DNA of 63,737 bases, counting the filler, from Octopus bimaculoides (Eukaryota): assembly GCF_001194135.2 (NCBI RefSeq). It is 5 parts of 4 records of this genome, joined end to end, with 100 filler letters (N's around TTAATTAATTAA, not from the genome) between each part and the next. Parts side by side here need not be neighbours in the genome. Positions count along the whole stretch, not along the records: positions 1 to 14,070 come from NC_068988.1; positions 14,171 to 31,518 come from NC_068992.1; 3 more parts are not named here. The stretch is one strand, 5' to 3'. Shown here in pieces: positions 13,571-26,229 of the stretch. How positions within the stretch are numbered: position 1 is the first letter of the stretch; the number at the start of each line of letters is the position of its first letter. The notes beneath the pieces are model-generated. The model was given only the letters and a program-made list of their open reading frames with translations. It was not told the DNA's origin and did not search any database. The translations under genes and the position numbers were made by a program.

Positions 13571-13571
<1 letters not shown>

Positions 13572-14070
13572 GTGGCCTGTTTGAAAACTTCACATCAGTG
13601 TATATCGTCTTATGGTCCATTAAGGAAGTGTTAACTAACGACGCGGAAATGATATGTAAACACGCTATTGGATAATCTAACGTAACTTCACGTTATTGGA
13701 AAATCTAATGTAACTTCACGTTTTGTATTCTCCATGATATGTGTTCCATTTGCTAATTTGAATTATAGATATTTACATGTTATATAAATATATACAGAAT
13801 TTCTAATTGGGAATTACTTACAAGTTTATATAACATGTAAATATTGGTAGTTCCTATTAGCAAACGAAACACGTGTAATAAAGAATAAATAATAACGAAA
13901 ATTCTGCATTTTCCTCATTTCCAATAACTCAACAAATAATACGTCCATAATCCTCAATACTAATATGTAGTTTAATTAACATACAACAGTAACTATGGAC
14001 ACATATAAATTCTAATAATGGGATAAGCAGATGTACTTTAAGAGGAAACATTTGGTTATTACCATAAATA

Positions 14071-14170
14071 NNNNNNNNNNNNNNNNNNNNNNNNNNNNNN
14101 NNNNNNNNNNNNNNTTAATTAATTAANNNNNNNNNNNNNNNNNNNNNNNNNNNNNNNNNNNNNNNNNNNN
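14071..14170. other. Artificial scaffold join: 44 N + TTAATTAATTAA + 44 N
   Basis: Identical 100 bp cassette also at 31519, 43056 and 59824; the 12-mer is a palindrome with stop codons in all six frames. Confidence 0.95.
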
Positions 14171-14207
<37 letters not shown>

Positions 14208-15418
14208 CACATGGATAGTAGACAGTATAGTGCTCGAATCCCGAAGGCAGAGTAAAGCGTTAGTTGAAATAGAAAATATTGTCAAAAAACCATTACCCTG
14301 AATTTCACACAACCTATGATCAGGCAGTCGTGAGTCTACTGATCGAATTAACATTTAAAGCTGTTTGGAAAATTAATTTTCAAAGTAATGGTATAGTTTT
14401 GGATAAAGAAGCGATTGATTGTAAAAGCTGGAAACTGCCACGGCCAACGGCACGAAAGTTTTCGGGCTTTCGCAGGAAGGGTGGCGTCACCTCCTACCCA
14501 AAAGATTTTGCTAGCGTGGCATTAGTTTTGAGGGGGAAAGTCGAATACTTCTTGAATGTAGAATTGTACGATCAAGTAGAAAATTACTTGAATGAAAAAG
14601 ACCTTGTCAGAAATAAAATGTAATTAAAATGAAAGTGAAGAAATGGAATAGTATAATTAAATTAAAGGTAATTGAGTATTGCAGGCAAAAGAATAATAAA
14701 AACTAAACAGATATATAAAAAAAAACACTAATAAATATATAAATAAAAGTACTGACCTCTTCGTATAATCTGAACTCTCTCTAAAATTATCATCGTACTA
14801 TTTTCATATATGTTTTATATTTATTTTTTCTTAATGCTCATTTTTATATGATACATAGACAGCTACTTTAATTTAATACAGTTTCTGTATAACCGATTTT
14901 AAATCGCGAGCAGCTGTTTGAAATGCCAGTGTATTTTCTCTTTGTTTTCCTGTACATCAAATCCAAACCTCTTCCAAGAATAAAGTCATTTGAGAGTACA
15001 AGCCTCTGACAAAACCAAACAAGACCGAACTGCATGTGACATTATCACGAGCCGCTTCTCGAACATCCTTCGTTCCCTCCAATATCTATTGTTTTTATAT
15101 GCATCACGTCCATACGACCGCAAATTTGCCTTTGAACAATGCATTTACATTAAATATGATGCATAGATGACTACCTCTATCTGTCTGTCTGTCTGTCTCT
15201 ATCTCCTGCTTCCCTTCTCTCTCATTCTCTCTTTTTACTCTTTTCCTCTCTCTCTCTATATATATATATGCATATACGCGCACATACGCAAATATGTATA
15301 CCATTATATTTGTTATCATCATGAGATTATACATGAAAAGAATCTTTATCTATATATATATATATATATATTCATTTGAAATGCAGAGACGCCTATAATA
15401 GGACATCTACTCGCTAGA

Positions 15419-15557
15419 AATAGCAGCAAAAATACTAACATACCACAAAAGTTAGGGATAATTTCGAAAGGAAATGAAAAATAAAAACTTTTTATTTTTC
15501 TTTTCCTTTCGAAATTATCCCTAACTTTTGTGGTATGTTAGTATTTTTGCTGCTATT
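15419..15557. repeat. 69 bp-arm palindrome (1 nt loop, 1 mismatch) ending at a gap
   Basis: 15419-15487 is the reverse complement of 15489-15557. Confidence 0.9.
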
Positions 15558-15708
15558 NNNNNNNNNNNNNNNNNNNNNNNNNNNNNNNNNNNNNNNNNNN
15601 NNNNNNNNNNNNNNNNNNNNNNNNNNNNNNNNNNNNNNNNNNNNNNNNNNNNNNNNNNNNNNNNNNNNNNNNNNNNNNNNNNNNNNNNNNNNNNNNNNNN
15701 NNNNNNNN

Positions 15709-15743
<35 letters not shown>

Positions 15744-17435
15744 TATAATGTATGTGTGTATATAATATAAGGCTGAAAACTAAATGCTTTCAATTATTTA
15801 ACATCGCAATTATCCATTTGAAATATTTAATATAATATTTACCACATAAGACGTAAGTTCATACATTTTCATATCATAGAAGCTTTTAATATGCATTTCC
15901 AAAAGAAAGCTAGACATTTCCCAAGGTATCTTTGTGATAGATGCTGTGGCACGAAACAATAATTTATAATGAAACAAAAAATACATGGAATTCTTTGTAA
16001 TATATTTCAAATATTTAAAAAAAAAATCTAAGTGTCATAACACGAGTAATTAACTGCTTTAATGGAAAACGATAACTTCGTTAGAGAATATACACAGGAT
16101 AATTTTCTCTTAAAATTGATGAAAATTCCTTTGTGTGAAGATTTACGTTTGTAATGCTACGAAGTGAAAATCTATTTGAGGTCATGTAAACACTTAATCA
16201 ATAGGATTAGATAGTGATTCCACGGTGAAGTGTTGCAAGGCATCCTTAGAACTTTGGTTATGCAGAAGCGGAAGAAAAGTAGCTATAGAAAGTAAAATAA
16301 TTGAAAATCCAAAGGTTGATCTCAGCGTAATGGATTATTTAGAATGCCAAGTAGAATACGCTTTGGAAGATAAAGGAGCTTTTCTTTCATTTACACTTTG
16401 TTGATGAAGTGGCTAAATGTACAAACTGTTTTGTTTTAAATCAGTTTTAAAAATGCAAATATTTTAAGAAATGTGATTTTATATTATGAATTATATTTGT
16501 GGTTGTTTCAAAGATTATTTTAAAGTTTATTAACGAGGAATATACCAAATTTGTCAGTAAATCGAATTAGATACCATGTATATAACAAGCCTTATAAAAA
16601 AAAAACAATTATCTTTCTAATAATTACAAAATTCTTTTAGTAAATATGTGAAAAGCAGTGCAGGAACAACCATTTGTTTTCTCCAAAAGCATTGCCGACG
16701 TAATGGCTTAAACGAAGCAATAAATTTGCTTCACCGCTTCAACGAAGCATGTATCAGTTTTTATGAGGTGCGAAACAATATTTAAATGTTAAAATATTTC
16801 TTATACACTATCCAAAAACTCAAAGAAAATCATTTTATTTGTTCACGAAAAACACAGATACATGCGCCATTAGACAGAACATTATAGTTAATTTCATTTC
16901 CACATAACAGTCAAGCGGGAAAATGGATTTAACTATTATATATCCATTAATGAATCTGAAAATCCTCTTGGGCTGCTATTGTGAATATTGCAAGTAGCTT
17001 ATCTGCATTTCATTTTTTCATCAAGAATATTTCAACACCAGTTCTACTCTGTTCAATATAAGATCTGCGATGCTTTATTACAGAATATATCTTAATATTT
17101 TCATCTCGCACTCTATGAACAACTTGTCTATAAATGCACTATTTCATACACAGAAAACGTGAGACCAGCTGGACTAGTTTCAATTTTGTTTTAGAATTTC
17201 ATCAGTGACCATAGAAATTTTGCATATAATCTTCCGGATTTGTATATATAACGAAATCTTAGCAACCAATGTTGATTACTACGTCATTGTGGCTTTAACT
17301 TTAGTCAACAATGTGTTTATAAATATATAACCGGAATGGCTTTATAAGTAATACCTTCGTGGACAAGAAACGAGTGATCAACTCTATTGCTTGCAATACT
17401 ATTTTGGGATTTCATCAGCACCTCATTACCCTGAA

Positions 17436-17473
<38 letters not shown>

Positions 17474-17542
17474 TGAGGAGGGTATTGGATTTAACCAAAC
17501 CCCGGAGGATACAGGTAATACTGAGTAAGTGCTGTATATATT

Positions 17543-17597
<55 letters not shown>

Positions 17598-17869
17598 ATG
17601 ATATTAGGAAATAAACTCCAAAATTTACATGAAAAAATTCAATTTAGCAAAACTAAATCAAATTTCCCAATATAAAATAGATGTATATGATTTAGAGAAA
17701 AACCACTATTAAATAATTCAATAATGAAGAATGTATTTCATACTCTCTAGAAAATAAATATATCATAAAAATCTTATTGTAAAAATACATAAAAGAATAA
17801 CTAGTAAATAGTACTATAAAAATGACTATTATATCATTCGCCACTATTAGATCATTCGACGTGGATCCT

Positions 17870-18190
17870 TCACTCTTGCTCTTTTTGGTGAAGAAGCGAG
17901 ATGGACGAAGCTGCTCTTCTTTTTGCCTCCTGTCGCGATGTGGGCTTATCCGGGATTTCAGATAGAAGTTTATCCAGATGCATTTTGAACGTTTCCAGAT
18001 CTACGCCCTGAATACTGGGTCCTTATCTGAGATGAGACGACGGTATTTTTAGTACTATGCAGTGCAATTCAGTTCGGTAGTTGGTATCGTTCTTAATTCC
18101 ATGAGTAGTGAGGCAACATTCCATGCGCATATTGCCAGGATGGCAGGATGGCAGCATTATGCAGGCGAGTAGCTGGATCCACCCTTAGAT
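17870..18190 (-). pseudogene. 3' ORF2 remnant of a CR1/L2-group LINE
   Basis: Minus frame 18007-17870 reads GVDLETFKMHLDKLLSEIPDKPTSRQEAKRRAASSISLLHQKEQE*, resembling the FK..LDKFL..IPD.P....AASNSL C-terminus of CR1/L2-group elements. Confidence 0.6.
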
Positions 18191-18217
18191 CATTCAAAAC
18201 CAGAAATAACGATACCT

Positions 18218-18480
18218 ATTTCTTTACTGCCCACAAGGGGCTACACAGAGAGGGGACAAACAAGGACAGACAAACGGATTAAGTCGATTATATCGACCTC
18301 AATGCGTAACTGGTACTTAATTTATCGACCCCACCCCAGTGCGTAACTGGTACTTAATTTATCGACCCCGAAAGGATGAAAGGCAAAGTCGGCGGAATTT
18401 GAACTCAGAACGTAGCGGCAGACGAAATACCGTTAAGCATTTCGCCCGGCGCGCTAACGATTCTGCCAGCTCGCCGCCTA
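18218..18480 (-). mobile_element. SINE family B copy with 12 bp target-site duplication and an internal tandem duplication
   Basis: ATAACGATACCT at 18206-18217 and 18484-18495; TGCGTAACTGGTACTTAATTTATCGACCCC occurs twice internally. Confidence 0.9.
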
Positions 18481-18888
18481 CAGATAACGATACCTTGCTG
18501 CTCCTATGAAGGAAATTTGTGCTCCGTCATCTGGGTTACTAATCCCTGTGGTCGCCACAGAGCTTCAGCTTGGTAGGCAATTCAGCTCTACTGCACAAAG
18601 AACCCTGTCAAAATTGAGCATTTCATTTTGTTTGTCAATTAGACTTTAAAGAAGATGGTTCACGCTTCTATTTTAGTACTCTTGATGCATGGAAAAATTC
18701 ATTTTTGTTCTCGAGTTACTATGCCAAATCCAAAAAGTATCTCTATTTCAGTCAGGGAAACGAATTCTTGCCTATCAGCTGTAGAAGTTGCTTTACCTTC
18801 TTTCACTACGGTAATGCATTTTTTTCTTACAGTTGATTGCAATGATGCTTCATATATCGACGCGAAGTTTCACCAATATATATATATA

Positions 18889-19191
18889 TTGGTGGCACTC
18901 CGTCACTTACGACGACGAGGGTTCCAGTTGATTCGATCAACGGAACAGCCTGCTCGTGAAATTAACGTGCAAGTGGCTGAGCACTCCACAGACACGTGTA
19001 CCCTCAACGTAGTTCTCGGGGATATTCAGCGTGACACAGTGTGACAAGGCTGTCCCTTTGAATTACAGGCACAACAGAAACAGGAAGTAAGAATGAGAGA
19101 AAGTTGTGGTGAAAGAGTACAGCAGGGTTCGCCACCATCCCGTGCCGGAGCCTCGTGGAGCTTTTAGGTATTTTCGCTCAATAAACACTCA
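18889..19191 (-). mobile_element. SINE family C copy, head lost in gap
   Basis: Near-identical to 50861-51150. Confidence 0.9.
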
Positions 19192-19402
19192 NNNNNNNNN
19201 NNNNNNNNNNNNNNNNNNNNNNNNNNNNNNNNNNNNNNNNNNNNNNNNNNNNNNNNNNNNNNNNNNNNNNNNNNNNNNNNNNNNNNNNNNNNNNNNNNNN
19301 NNNNNNNNNNNNNNNNNNNNNNNNNNNNNNNNNNNNNNNNNNNNNNNNNNNNNNNNNNNNNNNNNATTATTGGCTAAACTGGCAATATGACTATCCCCAA
19401 GT

Positions 19403-19408
<6 letters not shown>

Positions 19409-19449
<41 letters not shown>

Positions 19450-19973
19450 ATTCACTGTGTGTTTCCTCTATGCACGGCCAAACCGCTGGATCAATCTGTA
19501 ACACATTTGGCATGAAGGTTTTTCAATCATTGTAGAAGGTGTAGGGGGTTCAAATTTTGGCCCTTGCCAATATAAGGGGCTGTAGTCCCCTCATACGTGC
19601 CTTCCGATTTTGTTTTTTCCGGTGGTATAATATTTTCGCATTTATTCTTTCATTTTTTATAAGACCATAGTTCTAAATAACGTCCTGATTCCATAAAACC
19701 ATCTTCATATAACATCTTTGTTTTTCTCAATACATATGTAGACAAGGGGCCTTATGTTAAAAATTGATATAAGTTTTCATTGATATGAAATAAAATATCG
19801 AATGCAAAGTAAATCGCAATGACATTTCGGAGTTTCCAGCTCATTTTAGTGAATAAGTTTTTGTCCACAATTAAAATTGGTATACAAGCAAATTTAAATA
19901 TGTGGTTTGATAAAGTAGACTGTATACTTTTACAAAACTTCATCGTCTCTTCAATATGAAGAGACACAACTAG
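19409..19973 (+). mobile_element. Possible non-autonomous Helitron-like element
   Basis: (AT)n start followed by a GGCCAAACCGCTGGATCAATCTG motif; 9 bp-stem hairpin (19945-19965) 4 nt before CTAG (19970-19973); the base after CTAG is C, not the expected T. Confidence 0.35.
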
Positions 19974-20504
19974 CGTGTGCATATGAAGTGATGTTTTTGC
20001 TCCAAATATTGATAATTTCTATACCTTACAAAATGTTGCCGAGCAACAATCTATTTTCATTTTCTAAATCTTCTCCAGTATATGACAACGGCTCCAGGCA
20101 GTTTATATTTATGTCTCAATCTTAACTCTGGAAAATATTGAAAGTCAATTGGTTTTGCAAATAAGGATTGAAATTATCGAACTCTTCGTTCTATTACTAA
20201 CAACTTTTAGTAGCTGCTTTTAAATGTTCAAACAAATAGATAAGTAGAACACCTCTGCCTATTCATAACATCATTTATCTATATTTGATGTCAGCGAAAT
20301 ATTTTGGGTCGAAATGAAATATATATATAAAAAACAATTTGGTTCTTATGCTCCTCTCAAGGATATTAGCGATGGCGTAAATGATCGTTTTGTTTCATCA
20401 AGACCCTCTATCCAAATACGATTACCGCATAATACCACATTTAATAAAATTGTAATTTCAAGACAATTGAAATGGAAATTAGGGACAGGATATAATATTG
20501 GTTC

Positions 20505-20705
20505 ATAATTATGGTACAAGGCCAGCAATATTGAGAGAGGAGGCAAGTCGGTTACGTCAACCCCAGAGTTCAACTGGTACTTATTTTATCAACCCTGAAA
20601 GGATGAAAGGCAAAGTCGACTTTAGCAGAAATTGAACTCAGAACATAAAGACAGACGAAAGCATTTAGCTCGGTATGCTAACGGTTCTGACAGTTTGTCA
20701 CCTTG
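20505..20705 (-). mobile_element. SINE family B copy
   Basis: Reverse complement of the family B consensus seen in other copies. Confidence 0.8.
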
Positions 20706-21446
20706 AGACTGATTTATGTGGTCTCCGTGTTCAATAACAACAGGATGCGTTAATGTCTCCGAATTAGAATTTGTACTGCGCTTTGATATTTAATGCAACT
20801 ATGAAATTCGTTGAAAGAATCGTATACAAGATAGTATTTTGTGAGTTGTTATGCAAATAATCGAATAGGAATCATATTCTGCTCAGTTCAGTTAATTTTA
20901 CCTGGCCTTACCGTTATCAGGTACTCTTGTAAAGATATAGGAAATTTCATTGAGTATATTCTCTCTCATTCTCTGTCTCTCTCACACACACAACATGCAA
21001 ATCTAAATGTGCGTGTGTATGCCTGAGTTTATTGTTATTTATACAGAGACATTGACTTACACAATACGCTCTGATAAGTGTACATATTATATAATGCAAT
21101 ACTGATTTAACATTTGTATTTCCAATTCTATTAAGCATTTCAATTTATGTGCTAATGTTATAGATGTGGTATAATTATTTACACGTAAATGTAAACATAC
21201 AGACGCTTGTGTGTATGTATATAAGTAAATCAGCTATTAAATTCATATCGTTAGCTCTTGCAGTTGTTTCAAATATTTTACGGGTACTACCATACATCAT
21301 CCTATCTTCTGAGATTAAATTTCAACCAAACGTCTGCGGAAAATCCTGCTATATTTGGTAATGACAGTTCTACTGCATTAAGTTTGTTAATGTACTTCGA
21401 CTTTGTATTTGTTTTGCAAGATTCTTTATGTGAATTCGTGAGTTGA

Positions 21447-21548
21447 AACAAATTTTGTTGTGCCTAGGGAGAGTCATTGTGCCAATATTAAAACACTTGC
21501 GTTAATAATATTGGCATAATAACTCTCCCTAGACAAAACAAAATTGTT
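21447..21548. mobile_element. ~100 bp hairpin MITE-like element
   Basis: ~44 bp arms with few mismatches; the arm motif TGTTGTG(C/T)CT(A/G)GGGAGAGTCATT recurs at 51602-51634. Confidence 0.6.
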
Positions 21549-22696
21549 ACTGCAGACGAACAGAAATATTTATCCTCAACACACTGGCATAATCCAAAAG
21601 ATCACAAGATATTGTTCCATATTGCTTACGATTTAATTTGTAAATATCAAGAAAACGAATCCAATAATTTGTTTTAGGAAAATGCATTTGAAAATTTATA
21701 GATATTAAGAAAAAAAAGAGTAAATTTAGATGAATTTTGCACTTTGATTTTCATTGTAACAGAACATAGATTCCTGGGAGGTTATTAATGGGAACTAAAG
21801 TATATATATTCAATATGCTCAGTACAAATATCATACAAATATAGGGTTGTAGCGGGGCGTCTAGGGTAGGAACATTTTATCATAAATCTTAATTCGAAAT
21901 TGCATTTTCGGAATAGCATGAACATTTTGTCAATAGTACTTGTTGAAGACTAAGGCGACTTCCTTTTATAAGTTTAATGACAAACGATGGAACCCGTTTA
22001 CAGTAACCAAATTCGTAAATTACTGGCTGCTTGATATTGGAACGAGTGACAAGAGAATAATTTGAGATTTAGCGATGAGTAAAATAGCAAAATATACTTG
22101 AAAAATATATGTTAGGTATTAAGGGGCAAAAAATGGAAAATATCTGATACGAATCCAGAAAAATATAGCGAAGAAAATCATGTCAATATGCAGTTGACAC
22201 AAACCTTTTGCAAAATTCAAATGTGTGTGTGTGTGTGTGTGTGTGCATTTTCAGAAGAATGTGAAAATCGCTTTTTTTTTTTTAGAAGCACACATTGACT
22301 TCATTTTACTTAAATATCATTTTTCTAAAACAAAACCAAAAGATCATTCTACCCGAGAATGACACTCATGAATATTGATTATGAGGTATGGATGAAATTA
22401 GAACTAAAGCATTATATTATCTTTGCCTTCAGATAACAAACGTGCCTCTTCTGATCTAATGCAGGAGTCGATGTGCTTGGCATCGGATTTGCTCCATTAG
22501 ACCTTCTTTCCTATTATTTCAACTACAAAAGCGACACACGAAATGTCACAGATGTCACCACTGACAGAGAATAAACAATGTTAGTCTAGGATTTGTTCTG
22601 TCCCATAAAAAGTGTCGTATTATCGATTTCCGACTCTAATAATATGCATCATCTAAGAAACATGCAATATTGTGTGTGTGTGTGTGTGTGCGTGTG

Positions 22697-22743
<47 letters not shown>

Positions 22744-24383
22744 TGAATCGGTTCATTATACAACAGATAAAAATAAACATCCAAACCAACAGCAACTCAT
22801 AGGTGTACTTGCATATGACTCCATACGAATCACTCGCTTTTGTAAATACATATATCAAAAGCCTATCGGATTTTACAGTTATACTCTGAGTAATCTTGCA
22901 TATTTTTTCCCACTCCTAGCTATGCAGATTTTAACATTTCAAGCTTGTATAATTAAGGAAGCACAGTTAAATTTATATTGTCAGTACTCAAGTTATATGC
23001 TCAGCTAGTTTTATGCAACTTAATCAGCATACTTAGTCCTGCATTCACTGTTTTTAATGTATATTCCTGTACACGATTCTCATTTGCACCATTCTCATTT
23101 CGTTTACTTCAACATTAGCAGTCATTTAACTTGTAAAGGGATTCTGTAGCAAGGATATTTGACAGTACCATCAGCTAGGAATCGAACACAGATTCCAAAG
23201 ACCAAGAATTTGTTAGAGACGTCAGCAAACCATAGATCTCTGTTATCAACATTAACGAGATACGATAACTTATTGAAGACATCAACAAAACACTGAATAC
23301 TTGGGTCTCTAGTGGAACAGAATGTCTGCAATAAATTGTTCTTTGTGCCTTTTCCCTTGACAGAAACATTATCTGAATTTCTGCCAGCCGCCAGTGGTGA
23401 CATGCGCTTAAAGTCTGTTAACTGCTAGTGCAGACATAATTCACTCCAACTGTGTATTTCGCGACGCGCGACAAACTCACCAACTTTTTAACTATTTCAC
23501 TGGCGGAAATATTGCTCTGTTGCCGTTTGTCATAACGACTTTACATCGATTTATTTAACGATAAATAAATATTTTTGTATTTTGAATTTCACACACATTT
23601 CTTTTTTTTGCACCCATTTTTCAACGCAACTAATTCATCACGCTTGTAACTGACAAAAGTCAGAGATATTCCTTATTTTGAATATGTGCATGTGTGTGGC
23701 TGCGTTTTTCCACGTTTCTCTACAAATATAAAAAGTTAGTAAATATATAGTTAGCAGAAATAACAATAATTTCAAACACATAAGGGTAGAAATGTACCGG
23801 GTTATAATTGACTCCTAGTACTCGACTATTATTTTATCAACCCCAGTGGTAAGAAAGGCATAAGGGGGAAATGCCCTGGTATATTTAGATATGTTTTTTT
23901 AAGTTCTTCGTTCAAATCCCACCGAGGTCAGATTTGCTTTTCATCCCCCAGGATCCATAAAATAAGTCAAGCGTTAGTTTTGATATAGAAAAAGATCCTC
24001 TCCCACAAATTTCTGGTCCTGTGCCTATATTTAAAATTGTTATTATTGTTGGCAGTGTTTGCTGAGTAACTTTGTGCTACAAATGTACACACAAGGTGCA
24101 CATACATACACCGACACCACATGCACTTATAAATTTCACACACACGCACTAACATATACAGATGCAAACATACTGCTGCATAAATATTGTTATGACCGTC
24201 ATGGTTTATTAATCGATTCCATTATTTATTAAATTGTGCATAACTACCCTCGTTCTCACACATAAAGTTGTTTGTACCGTTCCATTTATTCGCTACTTGA
24301 ATAGAAGCTTTGTTTGAAATATTTAACTTTCAGTTATTTTATATTTTTTGAAAGGAAACAAAAGACGCTCATTCAAACAAACG

Positions 24384-24419
<36 letters not shown>

Positions 24420-25268
24420 CGCGCGCGCGCAATCATACGCACTTTCTGTACACAATATACTCACACGCACAAATACATCCATGTTTTAAAATATACAACG
24501 GTAATAGACTGTAAGAGCAATCTTGTGGAACTACTAAATGAGAGTTACTTTTCATGTATGTCTCTTTGATGAATGTTTTTTTTCCTTTTCTGATTTTCTG
24601 TGTACTTGTGGTATATTGGTTTCATATTAAACATTTGAAATGAAAAAAGTTTTTCATGTTTTATTTTCTTTCTCTTTTGGTGTAAGACTAATTTTGTAAG
24701 TGCGATCGAAAGTTCAACCATATATTACTACTCGTTCATATTTTATCGAATATGCAGGAATAAAAACCTATCTTATAATCTAAGTCATTGTGTGATTTTA
24801 TAGTATTCTTGTTAAATATATTAGGAATGTGAGAATGGTAGAGATAATAAAAATGATTTGTATTACAGACACGAACTCTTTCTTTTTGTTAAGGGTGTTT
24901 CGTCTATTAAATCGACTTCAATACATGACAGGTCGATATTTCGTCGACCCCCAAAGAGATATAAATCAAAGTCGACCTTATCAGGATTTGAATTCGGAAG
25001 TTAAAGAGAAATGACCAAATATCTCAAAGCATTTTGTTCACTGCTCTGCTGATTTTGCTTATCATGGTAGCACTATTAATAACAAGGCCAGATATTTGGT
25101 GAGAAAGAAATATAAAAGAATCACTTCTATCGATTCCAGGACTGGACCGTTCATTATTTTATCGCATTTAGAAGAATGAATGGCAAAATTGATCTCAGAA
25201 GGATTTATATTCAGAAGATAATTAATAACACGACGTATTTTGTTGGGATATTATTTTCTTCTGTTCAG

Positions 25269-25330
<62 letters not shown>

Positions 25331-26173
25331 CACGTGCGCGCAGACTCACACACACATATACAGTGGCCATCACTACAAAGCCTTTACGACCATATAAACT
25401 GGTAGATTTTATTACACTCCACACTGAAAGCTAGCACATGTTATTTGATGAACTAACAGGTGCGTGAGTGCATGAAATATCATGCTCAAAAACATGGTGT
25501 GATATAGGAATCGCACCCAAGACTTTATGATTGTAATTTCAAAACTTTATCCACTTGTCCACGTAAGCCAACGAATAATTATTGCACCTGGTTGCCCAAT
25601 AAGTTAGTGCTGTTGAAATTGTTCGAGCTGTTTATCACGTCGAAAAGTCAGAAACCACATTCGATTACTGTTTAGAGGAACGAAACAATATTTGTTTCTT
25701 GCACCAGGCTCACACCAGCGGCTCGGGGAAGATTATATTATCATTTATGAAGTGGGTTTCGGTTATCCAAATGTTTACAGTGTCTCTGTTAAGAAAACAT
25801 AACAATGCAGCGTGAAGCAGAAAACAAATTAGTCTTTTCGAATATATAGTCCTATGACTTTGTAAACATGCACCATGGTCCTATAACGCAGTCTGCTAAA
25901 TGTAATACGTTTGGCTCCATGCATGTACAACCAAGTCTGTAAAGATTATTGGTTTTCTGATATAAGAGAACAGCGTCTAAGAGACTATATTCTTTGTGCA
26001 TGTTGTTTTTCTTTGACCGGGTTTGTCTAAATTTGTAACTTCGCCTTTGATCTTCTTAGAAGCCCTCAATTCAAAATCGGTTTCAATTTTTTTTTCTACA
26101 TGGTGTGACAGAATAGCAGAGGTCCAATACCCGTTTTCTCTTTTGTCTTCCTGTTTCTTCCTCTATTTTCCCG

Positions 26174-26229
<56 letters not shown>

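Noticed and set aside
14279-14623. 114 aa repeat-free ORF
   Set aside because: Non-ATG start, no recognisable domain, and ORFs near this length can occur by chance in 60 kb.
18485-18880. Coding-looking segment between two SINEs (ORF 18655-19044 start)
   Set aside because: Vague LINE-like words can be read on both strands; no assignment is supportable by eye, and the ORF tail runs into a SINE.
23122-23403. 93 aa minus-strand ORF with ATG near a CpG-rich patch
   Set aside because: No recognisable homology or convincing splice donor; length within chance expectation.
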